This document shows, piece by piece, positions 46,753-59,150 of a stretch of 64,000 bases of DNA. Within the stretch, counting starts at the first letter, position 1, and every line of letters starts with the position of its first letter. The DNA lies in assembly GCA_001643675.2 (NCBI GenBank), contig LSRY02000014.1, positions 1,795,849-1,859,848 on the forward strand, written 5' to 3'. The translations under genes and the position numbers were made by a program. The DNA is from Monocercomonoides exilis PA203. Lineage: Eukaryota > Protista > Preaxostyla. The notes under the pieces were generated by a model. The model searched no databases. It was given only the letters and a program-made list of their open reading frames with translations, and was not told the DNA's origin.

Positions 46753-49700
46753 TTATATTACAAATCAATCATTCCAATAAAATAGAAAAAATGAACAAAC
46801 TCGAAAACTTTTCTGCTGCTGATATCTCTTGAAATTCATCGAAAATTTTTGTTATCTATGCACGCATTCATACTGTCAATTAAAAAAAAAATACGATTAA
46901 TACGAGTGAAGAACAAAAATTCACAGTAGAATCGATAAATACAAATATCATCGTTTATTTTTCAAAAGGATAAAACAGCAGTTTCAAAACAATTGTTTTT
47001 GTTTAATAAAACTGGGTGCACAATAAGGAGCAAAGAAATAACTTGGATCCGCTGTTTAATTCAGAAAAGCTAATGCTTTTTGTTTCTTTTTGATCAAACC
47101 AACATGTAATTGTTCTAATCATGGTTTGAAAATATGAAAGAAACAGCTCTTTCTGAGCTGCTTTCTACTAGATTTTGTATTGAATTAATTTTTGAATGAA
47201 ATAGATATTCTTTCCGAGGAGAATTAGAGAACAGGAAAATCTAATTCTTGAAACGAAAGTGTTTTATGGCTTTTTTTGGTAAGAATAAGAATGAAAAAAA
47301 TCAACACGTAATGCTGTTGGATTGGAATTTTTTCATGCATTGCTGATATTTGCTTCTGTTTCAAAGCGAATCATTGCGTTGCTAAAGACCAAAACAAACG
47401 AATTACTGAAAAACAAAATGAATTAAATGGGCAAAAGAATATTCCAATCTTTGCAATAAAACACGAGAGAAAACAAGACGAATATCAGAGGATAGAGGAT
47501 AAACACTTCATGTGAAAATGTTATTTTGGATTCAGAAATGAATTGTTTGAAGAATAACAGTGACAATCATCACCAACTGAAAAGATTCAGATTTCCTGGT
47601 TTTATTGTATTCCAACGTCTTCAGATTTTTTGATGCTTCTTGGTAAATTTCAAAAACGATGGATGCCAAAGCTATCTTTATTTCAGTTGAAAGGAAAGTT
47701 CATGCGAGGTGCATCGAAGATCCCTTTTCTTCTTAGATTTGTGCAGAAAACGCTCCGGAGAGTTTATGTTTTTTGTTTGTTGCTGAAAATAATATTGAAT
47801 TTGCATTGGAAGCTGTAAATCCAAATGAATGAAGATGCAGGTGAAAGACATTACGGTCTACATTCTTAGGGTTTTTTTTTCACTCCAGCACGATCTTTTT
47901 TTTTTTCAGTCCTGAAACATTTCCATTGACTTTGACGATGTCAGCTGAATACACAGGAATTGATGATATCAAGAATCCATTCAAACATCTTGAAAGCCCT
48001 TCATTATCCTTTTTTCAATATCACTTTCAAAAGAAAAATTCATTTTGCTTATTTGCACTGCAACTTGCAGAATGAGTTGTCTTCTGTATCTTCATCTTCA
48101 TCCTCGTTGAGCGCGCAGCACATCACAATTTTTACCTCCTATATTTGTTGAATCATCCTTAGTACATAATCTTCACAGAAATTGGAGGTGAATTCATGTT
48201 AAACTGATTCAGATTCTTCTATCAGGCACGAAAACACTACGAATTCCTTCAGCCTCTTTGCCGATTCTCAATTTATTATCCATTCTTTTCTTGAATACTG
48301 CATGTCCAATCTTATCATCATCTTCTTTCTCTTCCGCTTCTTCTTCTTCTTCTTCCTCTTTTTCTGTTGAAAGAGATGTGTGAATGTTGATTCAATGAAC
48401 TAGGCATTCGACAACAGATTCAGAAATTGCATACACAACAAAAAGGGAAGAATGAATGGGAAGGAGGAAGGAGAAGGAGCAGATGAAGAAGAAGGGAATT
48501 TGAATGGAAGAGAAAGAGAAATAAGAAATGGACACTTGGTAAAAGGAAGAATAAACAAAAGAGATGGATATTTTAACAACAAAATGGTCAACGAAACTTA
48601 TCCTCCAAATTCTTCTTCTTCTTCTCATTCTTCTTCTTATACTCCTTTACTTCTGCTTCTGCTCCTTCTTCAACAACTACATTGACAGTCTCATATATAG
48701 CCATGGCAATCAGTGCAAATGAAGAAGAGAATGAGGCAGAGCAAGAGTTGACATATTGCGAAGATGATAAAGAAGGCAAAAGCTTAACCGCTTCAGAGAG
48801 AAATTATGAAACAGGTGAATAAGGTTTCATTTTGTTATTGATAGCAAGAGACAAGGAAGGTGATTCATTGAATAGAATGCACTGAACCTCTTTCTACACG
48901 TAAACAAACTTCCTCTTCATATTCTTCATGTTAACTTCCTCTCAATTTCTCCTTTTGTTCCAAATCCTTTTCTGTTTTATCCTTCTCTGCCTTCGCCTGT
49001 TCTTGTTTGAATTCGCTTGATGCTTCATTTGATGGCAATGGACGAGGAAAAAAAAGCTATTAGCTCTAAAGTGGATACAATAACTTTGAAATTGGTGGAA
49101 TAGAATCTTAACATACAGCTGAACAAGAGGAGATGAGTGAAGAGGAAAAAATAAGAGGAAAAATTAGAAGAACAGGAAAATGATAGAAAACTTTAATCTG
49201 AAAAAAGAAGAAAGAATAAGTTGAAAGCGTGTTTGCCGAATGAAGCTGTTGAATTTGATAAGCGTTGCAATATGAATCCGTTTTATTCAGATAAGTGAAG
49301 ATTCTGACAACATAAGGCTTATGCTTCGGAGATGGACAGGCGGAATGCACAGAGCAAAAAGAGTTAGAAGAAAGAATAAATAAATGAAGCATCAGCGTCA
49401 AATACAGTCACAGCGATAGACTTATTATTCTCAGTTTGTGAAGCGCTACTATTCTGTTGAAGCTCAAATGAGTTTAGAGATTCATTTCTTCTTTTTTTTT
49501 TTTTTTTGAGTTCATTGAATCATCGCCTTCTTCTTCAAAAAACTCATCAAAGATTTATTTAGAGTTTGATTCCTTCTTTCTTATCAGTTTTTTATAACAG
49601 TGAAAATTCAGCGACTCAGTTGATTACAGACGCATCAAGTGGAAGTGATATGACCCATACAAAATTGTTGGAAGAAGTACATGCAAATGCACCAAATGCG

Positions 49701-50595
49701 AAGAAGAAGGGGAAGGGGAAAGAAGTGGAAGAAGAAGTTTTCTTTTGGAGTTTGTGGTTAAGTGAACGATCAAATAAGAATTTTTCAACTTCTTTTCAAT
49801 TTGGCTGTTTTGTGATTCAAAGAAAAGCAAATAACAAAAGGAAGAAATATTGAGAAACCTCATTTTCATATTTTCAAACTTCTTCAAAGCCTATCTTTCT
49901 TGGCCATATGTTTTAAAGAACAATTAACGAAATATTTAAAAAATTCCATTTCAAAGGAAAGAAAATGGAAGAAAATTTCCGAAATGTAATTTTATTCTAA
50001 AACAACCCTTTATAAGCGCAAAACTGAGGCAAATTTCTTGTTTGAACAATAATTTGTTGATTTGCTATTCTATTTATTTATGGTTTTCTGATCTAATTTT
50101 AAATTAGATATGAAGTGGTTATGGGGCATAATATTTTTTGAATTTTCTCTATGAATGTTTTTAATTCAACAAAATGAATGGAATTAACAAATATGCATTT
50201 TTTTGAAAATATTTTTTTTTATCTTCTTGCGAAAGATGGAATATTCTAATAAAAGAATTTGAGTTTTTGTTTAAAATTGATTATTAATTTTAAAAAATGT
50301 TTTTATTCCTCAACAAATTTTTTTAACAACTAACTAACGCTTGATAAAACATCGTTTAATTATCAATTTTTAATTTTTTGTTGTTTCATAAAAGGAAATT
50401 GCGAAACAAAAATTTTCGAGTGAGATTTGTTTGGTTTATTAATTTACCAAGAAAATGGTCATAATACTGAAGTTCAAAAGAGAGAATTTATGCTAATTAT
50501 TGCGTTCATGAAATTGTTTTTTTAAAAAAAATGACATTTACACATGAAAGAAATGAAAGAAAAAATAATAAAAAAATAAATATTTATCCTTCAAC

Positions 50596-51030
50596 TCAGT
50601 TTTTTCCACTTTTCTTCAAAGAATATTCATCGTAATATCCATTTTGGGAACATTTCTGTTCAGCCTTTTCAAAGAACTCACTCCACCACTCTTTCATCGT
50701 CAACTCTTTCTTCTTTCCACTGAGTTTCTTTTCTTTTTCTGTCATTTTCAATGCAATTCTTGATAAAAACTGAACATGTTCATCTTCAATTTCTTTTTCA
50801 ATATTATTCACGACTTTTGAGTTTTCCAAAAGTTCCGTGGAAAGAGGAACAATTAATTGCACTTTTCTGTTTTTCTTTTCTTTTTCGAAATAAGGTACAA
50901 CTATTTTCTTTGCGCCGAACTTATCTATTTCATCAACCTTTTCTTTTTCATTTTCAATTTCATTTTCAATTAATATGACGTCTGACTCAACTTCGTCATC
51001 GATCAATGTATGTGGAGTTGAATTATCTGA
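50596..51030 (-). CDS. Small charged hypothetical protein exon; the upstream exon appears decayed
   Basis: 136-aa ORF with E/K-rich coding-like composition, preceded by a ...TCAG acceptor-like site. Confidence 0.35.
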   Translation of the reverse strand, partial: SDNSTPHTLIDDEVESDVILIENEIENEKEKVDEIDKFGAKKIVVPYFEKEKKNRKVQLIVPLSTELLENSKVVNNIEKEIEDEHVQFLSRIALKMTEKEKKLSGKKKELTMKEWWSEFFEKAEQKCSQNGYYDEYSLKKSGKN

Positions 51031-52356
51031 TAAATATTAATAAGACATTTATAATAAAATTTCTTAAATTAAAAAAATAAATAAAAATTACCCGTAATTT
51101 TCGTTTTTGTTGGTGATTCATCTTCTAAACAATCTTCAGGCTACTGTGTTTCTTCCTGTATCATTCGCTTTTCTTCCGCCGTAATTGCAGCCGCTTCAAA
51201 AGAAGAGCATAATTCGCTTTTGTACTTTGCAAAAATAATTCTTGATAAATAAACAAAAAGAAAATCATTCAACTATTTTTTATTAAACAGATAATTCATA
51301 CAAATATTTTTGTATTCCATAAAAATAAGAAAGAAGAATTAAAAGACAATTTTAGTCCAACAAATCCAGTTTTTTTCGTTGAATTTTTGGTTTTATAAAA
51401 CATTCGAATAATGGGAAAATCTGAAATATTTTAATTCCATTTAAATACTCGTAATAATATATTTTTGATGTTGGGATAAATTTATATTTTTATGTCTTAT
51501 AAAATATGTTATTGAGTTTTTCTTTCTTTTCTTTTGATATAATTAAAGTATTTTTATTATCCAAAGAATTATGGTTGATTCCAAAAGTCTTATTTCGTCA
51601 ATTGTTAATCAAAGTTAAATTTTGTTATTAATTTGTTTTGATCCAAAAATAATTTTTTTAAAAAATTAATGATGATTTTTTCCCGAAAAATATGAAATAT
51701 AGAAAATCTGATAATGAGAAATACAAAATAAAAAAGAATCATTTGAAAAATTAATGAGAAAAGTTCTTTGCGTGTTCCAGCTCATGAATTAGAAAATCCT
51801 TTTCTATAATTACCATGTCAAATTGCTGATAAATTTTTTTTTTCACCGTCAAATAATAATGTCTTTCAATAATTTCCTTTAAGAACTTGATTTGAATTTT
51901 CTTTTTAAACTTCTGTGGCCCAATAATAGGTGTTATTGAAATCGTAGAAAGAATCGTTATCGGCATGAAACATATCTGATTATTCTTCATTTTTTTTTGA
52001 AAAGTTATTTCAAACAAAGTTTATTTTTTCAAGAATAAATTGAAGTTTCATTGAATGCTGCAATCAGAGGAGAAAAAAATAAGGTGGTGAAAAAAACAGA
52101 AGTTGTGAAGAAGATAAATAATTGAACAATTTTATAAATTTCAAAATTTTGAGTATTTGAAAAACAAAAATTGTAGGATCATATTAATAAGGATTGATGA
52201 AGAATTTCAGAAGAATGAATAGATATGTTTGAAATATTGGAAGACTAACCAAGAAATATTTGGATTTTAATTTTATTTTTAGAATTAGAAAAAAAATTTG
52301 AATTAATGAATTTAAATTATCAAAATGAATGATAAAGTAATTTATTTGAATGACTT

Positions 52357-52660
52357 CTATGTGACCATAAGACAACTCTTCTGTGAATTGGTTCCAGATT
52401 ACTGGTATTTCTCTCACTATCGAGCATGGCGGGCTTAGTGACTGATTCAGTCGGAGCTATGTGGGCATGAATGTCTCTATGGACCATGAACCCCTGACCT
52501 TTTTAGGTACTCTCTAACTCCTCATCAGCCACAAGCCCTTCGCTCTCAGTGGAGGAGACCATGTTCTCTCACAGTCAGGGAAAGCTCGAACTTATTATCA
52601 TTCAAACTTTGATTATATCGAGGCACCAGCCAAGTGATTAGCCAGCCATTCACTCAAACT
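52357..52660. ncRNA. Putative structured non-coding RNA or SINE-like relic
   Basis: Markedly GC-richer island in very AT-rich DNA with no convincing ORF. Nested helices TCGAGC/GCTCGA, CCCTGAC/GTCAGGG, CTCCT/AGGAG, CCAC/GTGG, and hairpins GACTG/CAGTC and GGGCAT/ATGTCT. Confidence 0.35.
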
Positions 52661-53039
52661 CATACAAATTATTTTAATTTTTAGATTTTCACTCCAATTC
52701 GATAATAATGTGAGTGAGGATTTTAAGTTATTTTTATTCAAAAAAGAAAAGATAGATAAAGAAATCGATTTAAAACTTTGGTTTTAACAACAAGCAATCG
52801 AAAGATTAAGTCAATTCCTCATTTACTGAATTTCATCACATAAATCGCAATTTTTATTTTTCAATACACAAAAATAATAGATATTTTAATAATCTCCAAT
52901 TTATATCGCATCACCAACTGCTTGATTTGATCTCTTCAGAACTGATGAATAATTGGGGTTAAATATGGATTAAAAATTTTGAAATCATATTTTTTCGAAG
53001 AAAAATTTCTGATAAAATATTCTATTTCAAATCAATGTG

Positions 53040-54720
53040 AATGAACACAGAAAAGAAATTATATAATAAACATTATTGTCCATCATTTGGAACATCCACT
53101 TTAACATTGAAAGAAAAATTGAATCCTGGACAGTCCAGACAAAACTAATATGTGGATAGGTGAAATTGCTTGCAAACTTTACTGGCTACAATTATAAATA
53201 TGTTCAATGAAGCATTATCAATGGAATATAAGTTATATCTGAATTACGAACAGGTGTTTTTATAGATGAAAAAGTTCGAAAGAGTCTGAATCATGTGATG
53301 TGTGAGGAGGAAAAACATGTGGAGTTGAAAAGAAAGATAAAAAGAAGATCAAATTATAAGGAAAAAGATTTGATGATATAACAAAACCAAATTTTTATCG
53401 AAACAGCATTTTCGTGAATTCTTAATTGTAATCCTGATTGGGTTGTGGAAAAACCTTTGGAGGTGTCTTTGTTTTTGTTTGCGCTATCTACAGGTACTAG
53501 AGCGCAAACATGCACTCATATCAGACTTCAAGACATAGTCTGAGTTTTTTTCAAATAAAACTCTTCATTCGTTAAAGTTACAATAAATTTGGAGTGTGGA
53601 AAGGTGTTGAGAGGGGACGATTATTGCGTAACTGTTGAAGGAGATATTGCAAACAAATCAACATTAAATGTGATGTGGTGGTTGGAGCAATTTTTAGTTG
53701 AAGAATATGGATTATCTCTCACAGAATTCGATGAATGGCATCTGGGTCAATTAGTGCCTCAATATTTGTGGGGAGTTTGCAAGGGTGCAATGAGAGTTCG
53801 ATTTCGAAAAAGAACAAAACAATCTGTATTTTAAGATAACATTTTTGGATTCCATTCGTTTAGATCAGGGTTCATTTGTTCTGCACTAATCAAAGGAAGA
53901 AGTGATCCATCGAAAAAAGATTCTATCATAGAGGCAACTGCCCTTGTTGGAAACTGCAAGCTGGATCAGTCGCACAATGGAATTATGTGAAAGAAACAGA
54001 AATATCAATTGTTGTTGCATGTCGTTTGCTTGTCCCAAATGAAGATGTTGAATCTGAAGAGTTTTTTGACAAATCACTTTCGGAACCAAGTGTTTATCAT
54101 AATATCAAACTCAATGAACATTCTTGGAAAATTGATTCAATCATCTCGACATTTGATTTTTATGTTTTGGAAATTCTTAAATACGAATGCAGTCAAAGAC
54201 ATTATCCTTATTCATGTGTGATCCGTTTGAACAAAATGGCAGCTGCAAATTATTTGTGCAACAAAAATATTCATTACACATCGAATGTTTCAATATTGAA
54301 ATTGTCAAAAGATGAAGTGCTAAAACAATTGTCAATTGCCAAAAATATCACCATTGCTGTTATATCTTACGTTTCGAATATTGAACAATATTTAACTGAA
54401 CAAAAAATTTTGAATTTCACAAAGTCAAATGTAAAGTCATTCCTTTTTGAAAATCTTCCCTTAAACAATCCAATCGAAACAAAATCAAAAAGAAAGTGTA
54501 CTATGGAGGAGGATAAAATACTGTTACAACTAATCACAAATGGATCTTTATTCATGAAAGCAAGCCAAGCTCTTGATGGGAGATTTGACAATTGCTACTG
54601 AGACAGAATCAGAAACATACAAAAAAAACAGAAAAATCCCAATGAAAAAAAGACTTTCACAAAATCAGAAAAAATTAAATCATCACATCAGGATTTCACA
54701 AAATTGAATAAATTTGATTT
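53040..54720 (+). pseudogene. Tyrosine recombinase plus C-terminal Myb/SANT-like fusion, copy 1 (decayed)
   Basis: LFLFALSTGTRAQTCTHIRLQDI (box I Arg, 53490-53501), FGFHSFRSGFICSAL (HxxR, 53853-53864), NYVK (Tyr). Then KRKCTMEEDKILLQLITNG...ASQALDGR (Myb-like, about 54490-54620). Several stops and frameshifts. Confidence 0.82.
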
Positions 54721-55234
54721 ATAACAACTCTTGATTTTTTTGATTCAATTTACTCATAAGCATTTTTGGCTTAATCACCTTTCAACACATCACAAGTTTT
54801 TTATGTGAAATATCACCTTTTCATGAGATTTTTTTTAGTCTTAAAGTTTTCTTTGTTTTTAACATTCACAACACATTTTAATTGGAGAGATATTAATGTT
54901 AATAATACAATTGATCAATATTATATCAAATACATGTATTATTTTCCTTAAAAATAATATATACCTCTGGGAAAAAATTTTTTCGATTAGACCATTAACA
55001 GATCATTTTCAAGTTTTCAGCATTTTGGATCTATAAATTTTCACTATGTCTGCAGAAAGGCTGAAATACAAATAGTTGTTGAACTTTTGAGATTTCCATA
55101 TATACACACCAGAATTATAACATGAATGAATTTTGTGGAAAACTGTTTCTTGTTTGTATAGAATTTGAAAATTAATCAATAATGAAATAAAGTGATTTGA
55201 ATATGAAAATTTTTTTATTTTGATATCAATTAGA

Positions 55235-56713
55235 GGCAAATACATTCTTAACAGCAATTTTCAAATAAATGAAAAAGCAGTTTATAAATATAAAGTTAGT
55301 TATTAAGTGTATATATTATGAACATAATATGTTCAAAAACCATGATTTTTTGATTTTTAAAATCTATCGTTTTCACATATTAATGGGATTTTTGATCATT
55401 GAAAAATCAAAAATTTCATGGAAAAAGTGTCTGATTCAGACGATTCACTTGCTCTGCCTGAAAAACCTACAAACAAATTATTCAGATTGTTTCTCAATTC
55501 GGAGAAATCTGAAAAATAGATATTTTTTAGAAAATTATCAAAAACAAGCCAAAATGCAGAAGGCACAGAATTGAAACGGATTTACGGCGTTTCTATGGAA
55601 GAATGATGTGAATTTGCAGATAATTCAGCAATAGGCAATCAGCATACAAGAATACGTCATTTTTTCGAAGCTGGATACCAATAAATGTGATTTTGTTAAC
55701 TATCCTATATATTTGGAATAGTTCTTGCGTTAAATTTTTTTCGGAAATGTTGGGGATTCAAAGGAACTCTATTGCATAATGGTCATCTGTTATGAGGTGT
55801 TGTGCGATGGACATTATGAATCAGAATGAAATTATTCTTGGAGGTGAAAACATTATTGCTGAAATAGATAAATGCATCCTTTGGAGAAGAAAATATCATG
55901 GTGGTACAAGAAAGAAACAAATATGTGTCTTCAAAGCAGTGGAGCGAAAGAAAGATAAAATGGATAAAACAAGGAAATTTTTTATCATGATTGTTCCAGA
56001 CCGTTCAGCTTCAAAGTTGATTCCTATCATTCAAAAGCACATTCTACGGCATTCAACAACAATGTCAGATGAATGGAATGTATATTCATCTCTTTCTCGT
56101 TTAGGATACAATCATCTAACAGTGTTCCATTAGAGATAATTTAATGATGAAGAAACTCACGCATGCTCAAATACAATCGAAGGATTATGGAGCCATATGA
56201 GATGATTTTTACCTCCGCATGGCATTCGAGAAAAACATGTTGCTGATTAACTTGCTTTTTGGATGATTTAGAAGAGAAAGATAGTGAGATTTGAAGAATT
56301 TGTATCAAAAATTGTTTTCTTCAAAGAAAAACAAACAGAAGAAGCTGAAGAAGATGAAGAAACAGAAGAAAATGAGGTAGAAATACCTGATTAAGATGAT
56401 TATCTTATTTCTAATGACAGCGTAACAAGTGAAACCTTCAATATTGACCCAGGCGATGGTTTGTCTGCCTCTGAGTATTCAGAAAACTCATAAAGATAAA
56501 CTTTTTCATTTTATTTTGATTTTTTATTACTGACTTTTTTTCATTTTTTGAAAAAATTTTGACCCATTTTCATAATTAAAAAAAAAATTGAAATTTAATT
56601 TTAAAGAACTTCCGCATGTTACAATTTGCTTCAAACATCATTAATGTTATTAAAAAACAATAAACAAACCAAATTTTCAAGAATTAGAATATGCAGTTAA
56701 GTGTGCATATGTC
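55235..56713 (+). mobile_element. Merlin transposon copy 3, older and more decayed
   Basis: Motifs IIAEIDKC, RRKYHGG, VPDRSASKLIPII, MSDEWNVY, HLTVFH, SNTIEGLWSH and an acidic tail. TIRs GGCAAATACATTCTTAACAGCA and TGCAGTTAAGTGTGCATATGTC match at 16/22. TSD not recognisable. Confidence 0.82.
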
Positions 56714-56929
56714 TGTTAGTCAGTTACTGTCAGTCAACCCATTGATATTGCATGCATACTTCAGCAAAATTTTTCAATGATGATAAATGGGATTTTTATT
56801 CAACAAGAAAAATGATAAATAAATGTTTTCCATTTTCCATTTTCAATTACCTTCATTTATGTAACATCAAAATAAAATGAGAATAATAAAAAAAATATAA
56901 AAAAATAGAAAAAAAAAACGAGAAATAAT

Positions 56930-58579
56930 ATAAACCTTTTTGTGAAAGAAAAAAATGGAAGCATCCCTCTATCCGGACGCAGTGCTGACTGGTACCAGAT
57001 CCATCATTTTTTCGAATATTTTTCTCCAAGAGATTGTGAGGGTGAAGAAGTCCAAAGACAGTGTTTAGGAATTGAGCACATAAAGCTACACACAAGGGCA
57101 AAATACTCCTTTTCCTTGGACAAAGAGATTTCAGTGGAAGGAAAAGAAGAGGATGAGAAAGAAGGGGAAGCTGTGTTCTGGCTGAGCAAATATCAGAAAG
57201 GAAGAGTAGGATTAATGCTTTCTGAATTGTCGTCACGTAAAGATGAAGTTGATTTATCTGAGAAACTTTGGCCAATCTCCTCAGATTGCATACGGGAGAA
57301 ACATAAAATGAGAGCGAAAAACGCAGGTTATCCGCGCTCTCTTTTCAGCTTCCACTCCTTGCGGAGTGGATTCATTTGCTCCGCTCTTATTAAGAGCAAG
57401 AGCGATCCTCAAGCGCAGAAGGCAGTTCTGGAAAGAACCTCACTCTTTTCTGACTGGGTGCCTCACCGCCTAGTGCAGATGGGATATATTAAGAAGGTGG
57501 CGAGGAGAGCACTGGTGTCGACGAGGCTTTTGTCGGAGGAGGAAGACGGTGCACAGCCAGATATGGATAGAACCCTGCTTGGTCTTGAAGCGTTTCATGG
57601 TATATTTTTCAATTATATAGAAGAAAGAAATAAAGATCCATCAAAAGAATTTAGTGAAAGAGAGAAAAAAAGAATGTTCACATACTTTGAAACAGAAAGA
57701 ATATCAGAGGCAAAAATGACAAGATACATTCAAGATGGATCATGGATGATGTGAGAAAAATATGAAGAATTGAAAGAATATATGAAAGCAAAGTTTCAAA
57801 ATATGAAAAATTTGATGTGGAAAAGAAAACATTTCCATATTGTGCCTCTTTAGCTGTCCTTTTTACTCGAATGTACATAAAGGAGTTTTTATGTAATTAG
57901 AAAAAATCTCTGCAGAAAAGGCAACAGCAGAATTCACAATGTTGGCTAAAGAAAGAGAATCAAAAGTCAAAGAAAGAAAATATGAGAAGAGAAGAAAAAA
58001 AGAAGAAAGTCAAATCAAAGATAAAGATATTGTTGAAATGAAAGAGAAAAAGAGAAAGAAACATCATAAAAAGAAAAGAATGATAATAAAACAATAACAT
58101 TCAAAAGCAATTAAAGAAATGAAATGTACCACGTTTGTAGAATTAAGTGGAAAGATGAAGATGATGCAATTGTGAAGAAAATGTGTGAAGAAGAAAATAA
58201 GACAGTTGCAGAAATTAATAAAGTGTTTCCATTTCGATCATTGAGAAACATCCATAATTATTTTAATGAAATGATTGACAAAGGAAAAATGAAAAAGAGA
58301 GAACAAAAAACGTTGAAAGATATCTTGCACATAGAAGAAAATAAGAAAACAAACCTGACTTCTTCCTCTTCAGCCCCAGCCCCATCTCCAGCCCCAGCCC
58401 CAGTGCCAGCCTCAGCCCCAGCCTCAGCCTTTCTGAATGAAAAGAAAGCAATTAAAAGAAAAAGAGTGAATAAAAGGAAAAGAGAAGAAGATGATGAATA
58501 TGTAGATTATTATGCAGAAGATATTTGCATAACATTGAAAGGAAATGGAAAGAGAATAACGAGAAGCATGGACAGTTAG
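56930..58579 (+). pseudogene. Tyrosine recombinase plus Myb/SANT-like fusion, copy 2 (frameshifted; N-terminal part apparently missing)
   Basis: EASLYPDAVLTGTRSI (56988-56999, in a different frame from ORF 56942), AGYPRSLFSFHSLRSGFICSAL (57353-57364), SDW...MGYIK. Downstream RIKWKDEDDAIVKKMCEEENKTVAEINKVFPFRSLRNIHNYF is Myb-like. PAPA repeat and basic NLS-like tail. Confidence 0.85.
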
Positions 58580-59134
58580 ATAGATAGAACAAAAAAAGTT
58601 GTCATTCGTTTTAAATGTTTTTCATATCACGTTTATATCAATACACATAATGATAATAAAATAAAAATTTAAAAATAAATAATTATGAAAATAAAATGAA
58701 AAAACACAAACCCAAGTGAATAAAAGTAGTTTTACAAAAATGTTTGCCCACCTGCCCACCCTCCATCTATCCAGCCATCATTCCCACCTTCCCGGCTGAA
58801 CTATACTGCTTCTGCAATCATGTACTTCTACTTGAGTGCGCAGACAGTATGATGCATAAATAGAAAGTCGCAAGTGATGAACATTAAAAAGATATAAAAA
58901 AATAAAACGTTGTTTAAATAGTTGAAAAAATGAAAAATATGATAAAAACTGACAGAAAAGATCAACAAAAAATTTCAAGATCAACGAGTTCGGGTAAATA
59001 AAAAAAAAGTTGATGAAACATTAGTCAAAATTGAACGAATAAAAATATTTTAAAGTTTTTTAATTGTTAAATGTGATAAAACATTTGGAAACGAACGTAT
59101 ATGTCTGAATTTTTTTTTTAAAAAATTCCTTTTA

Positions 59135-59150
59135 TTAGGTTAGGGTTAAG
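59135..59150 (+). repeat. Interstitial telomere-like seed TTAGGTTAGGGTTAAG
   Basis: Directly visible, in the same orientation as the terminal array about 1 kb away. Confidence 0.6.

Noticed and set aside
47900-49900. Acidic and Ser-rich coding-like scraps (similar ones at 40900-43320)
   Set aside because: Heavily degenerate, with no consistent frame or assignable product.
52420-52592. RNase P/MRP, telomerase RNA or hammerhead identity for the structured island
   Set aside because: The P4-like halves (GGAAAGCTCG, CGGGCTTA) are in the wrong order. There is no CTAACCCTAA template. The CTGATGA on the minus strand lacks a properly placed GAAA.
2686-58579. Stop-codon reassignment (TAR=Gln) as the explanation for interrupted transposase and YR ORFs
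   Set aside because: Host genes here have long stop-free frames in the standard code and the sulfurase ends in TAA. The TE relics also contain TGA stops and frameshifts, which fits decay.
53040-58579. DIRS retrotransposon, Polinton-like virus or protelomerase
   Set aside because: No RT/RNase H, capsid, ATPase or polymerase motifs are visible nearby. The chromosome end is an ordinary TTAGGG array, not a hairpin.
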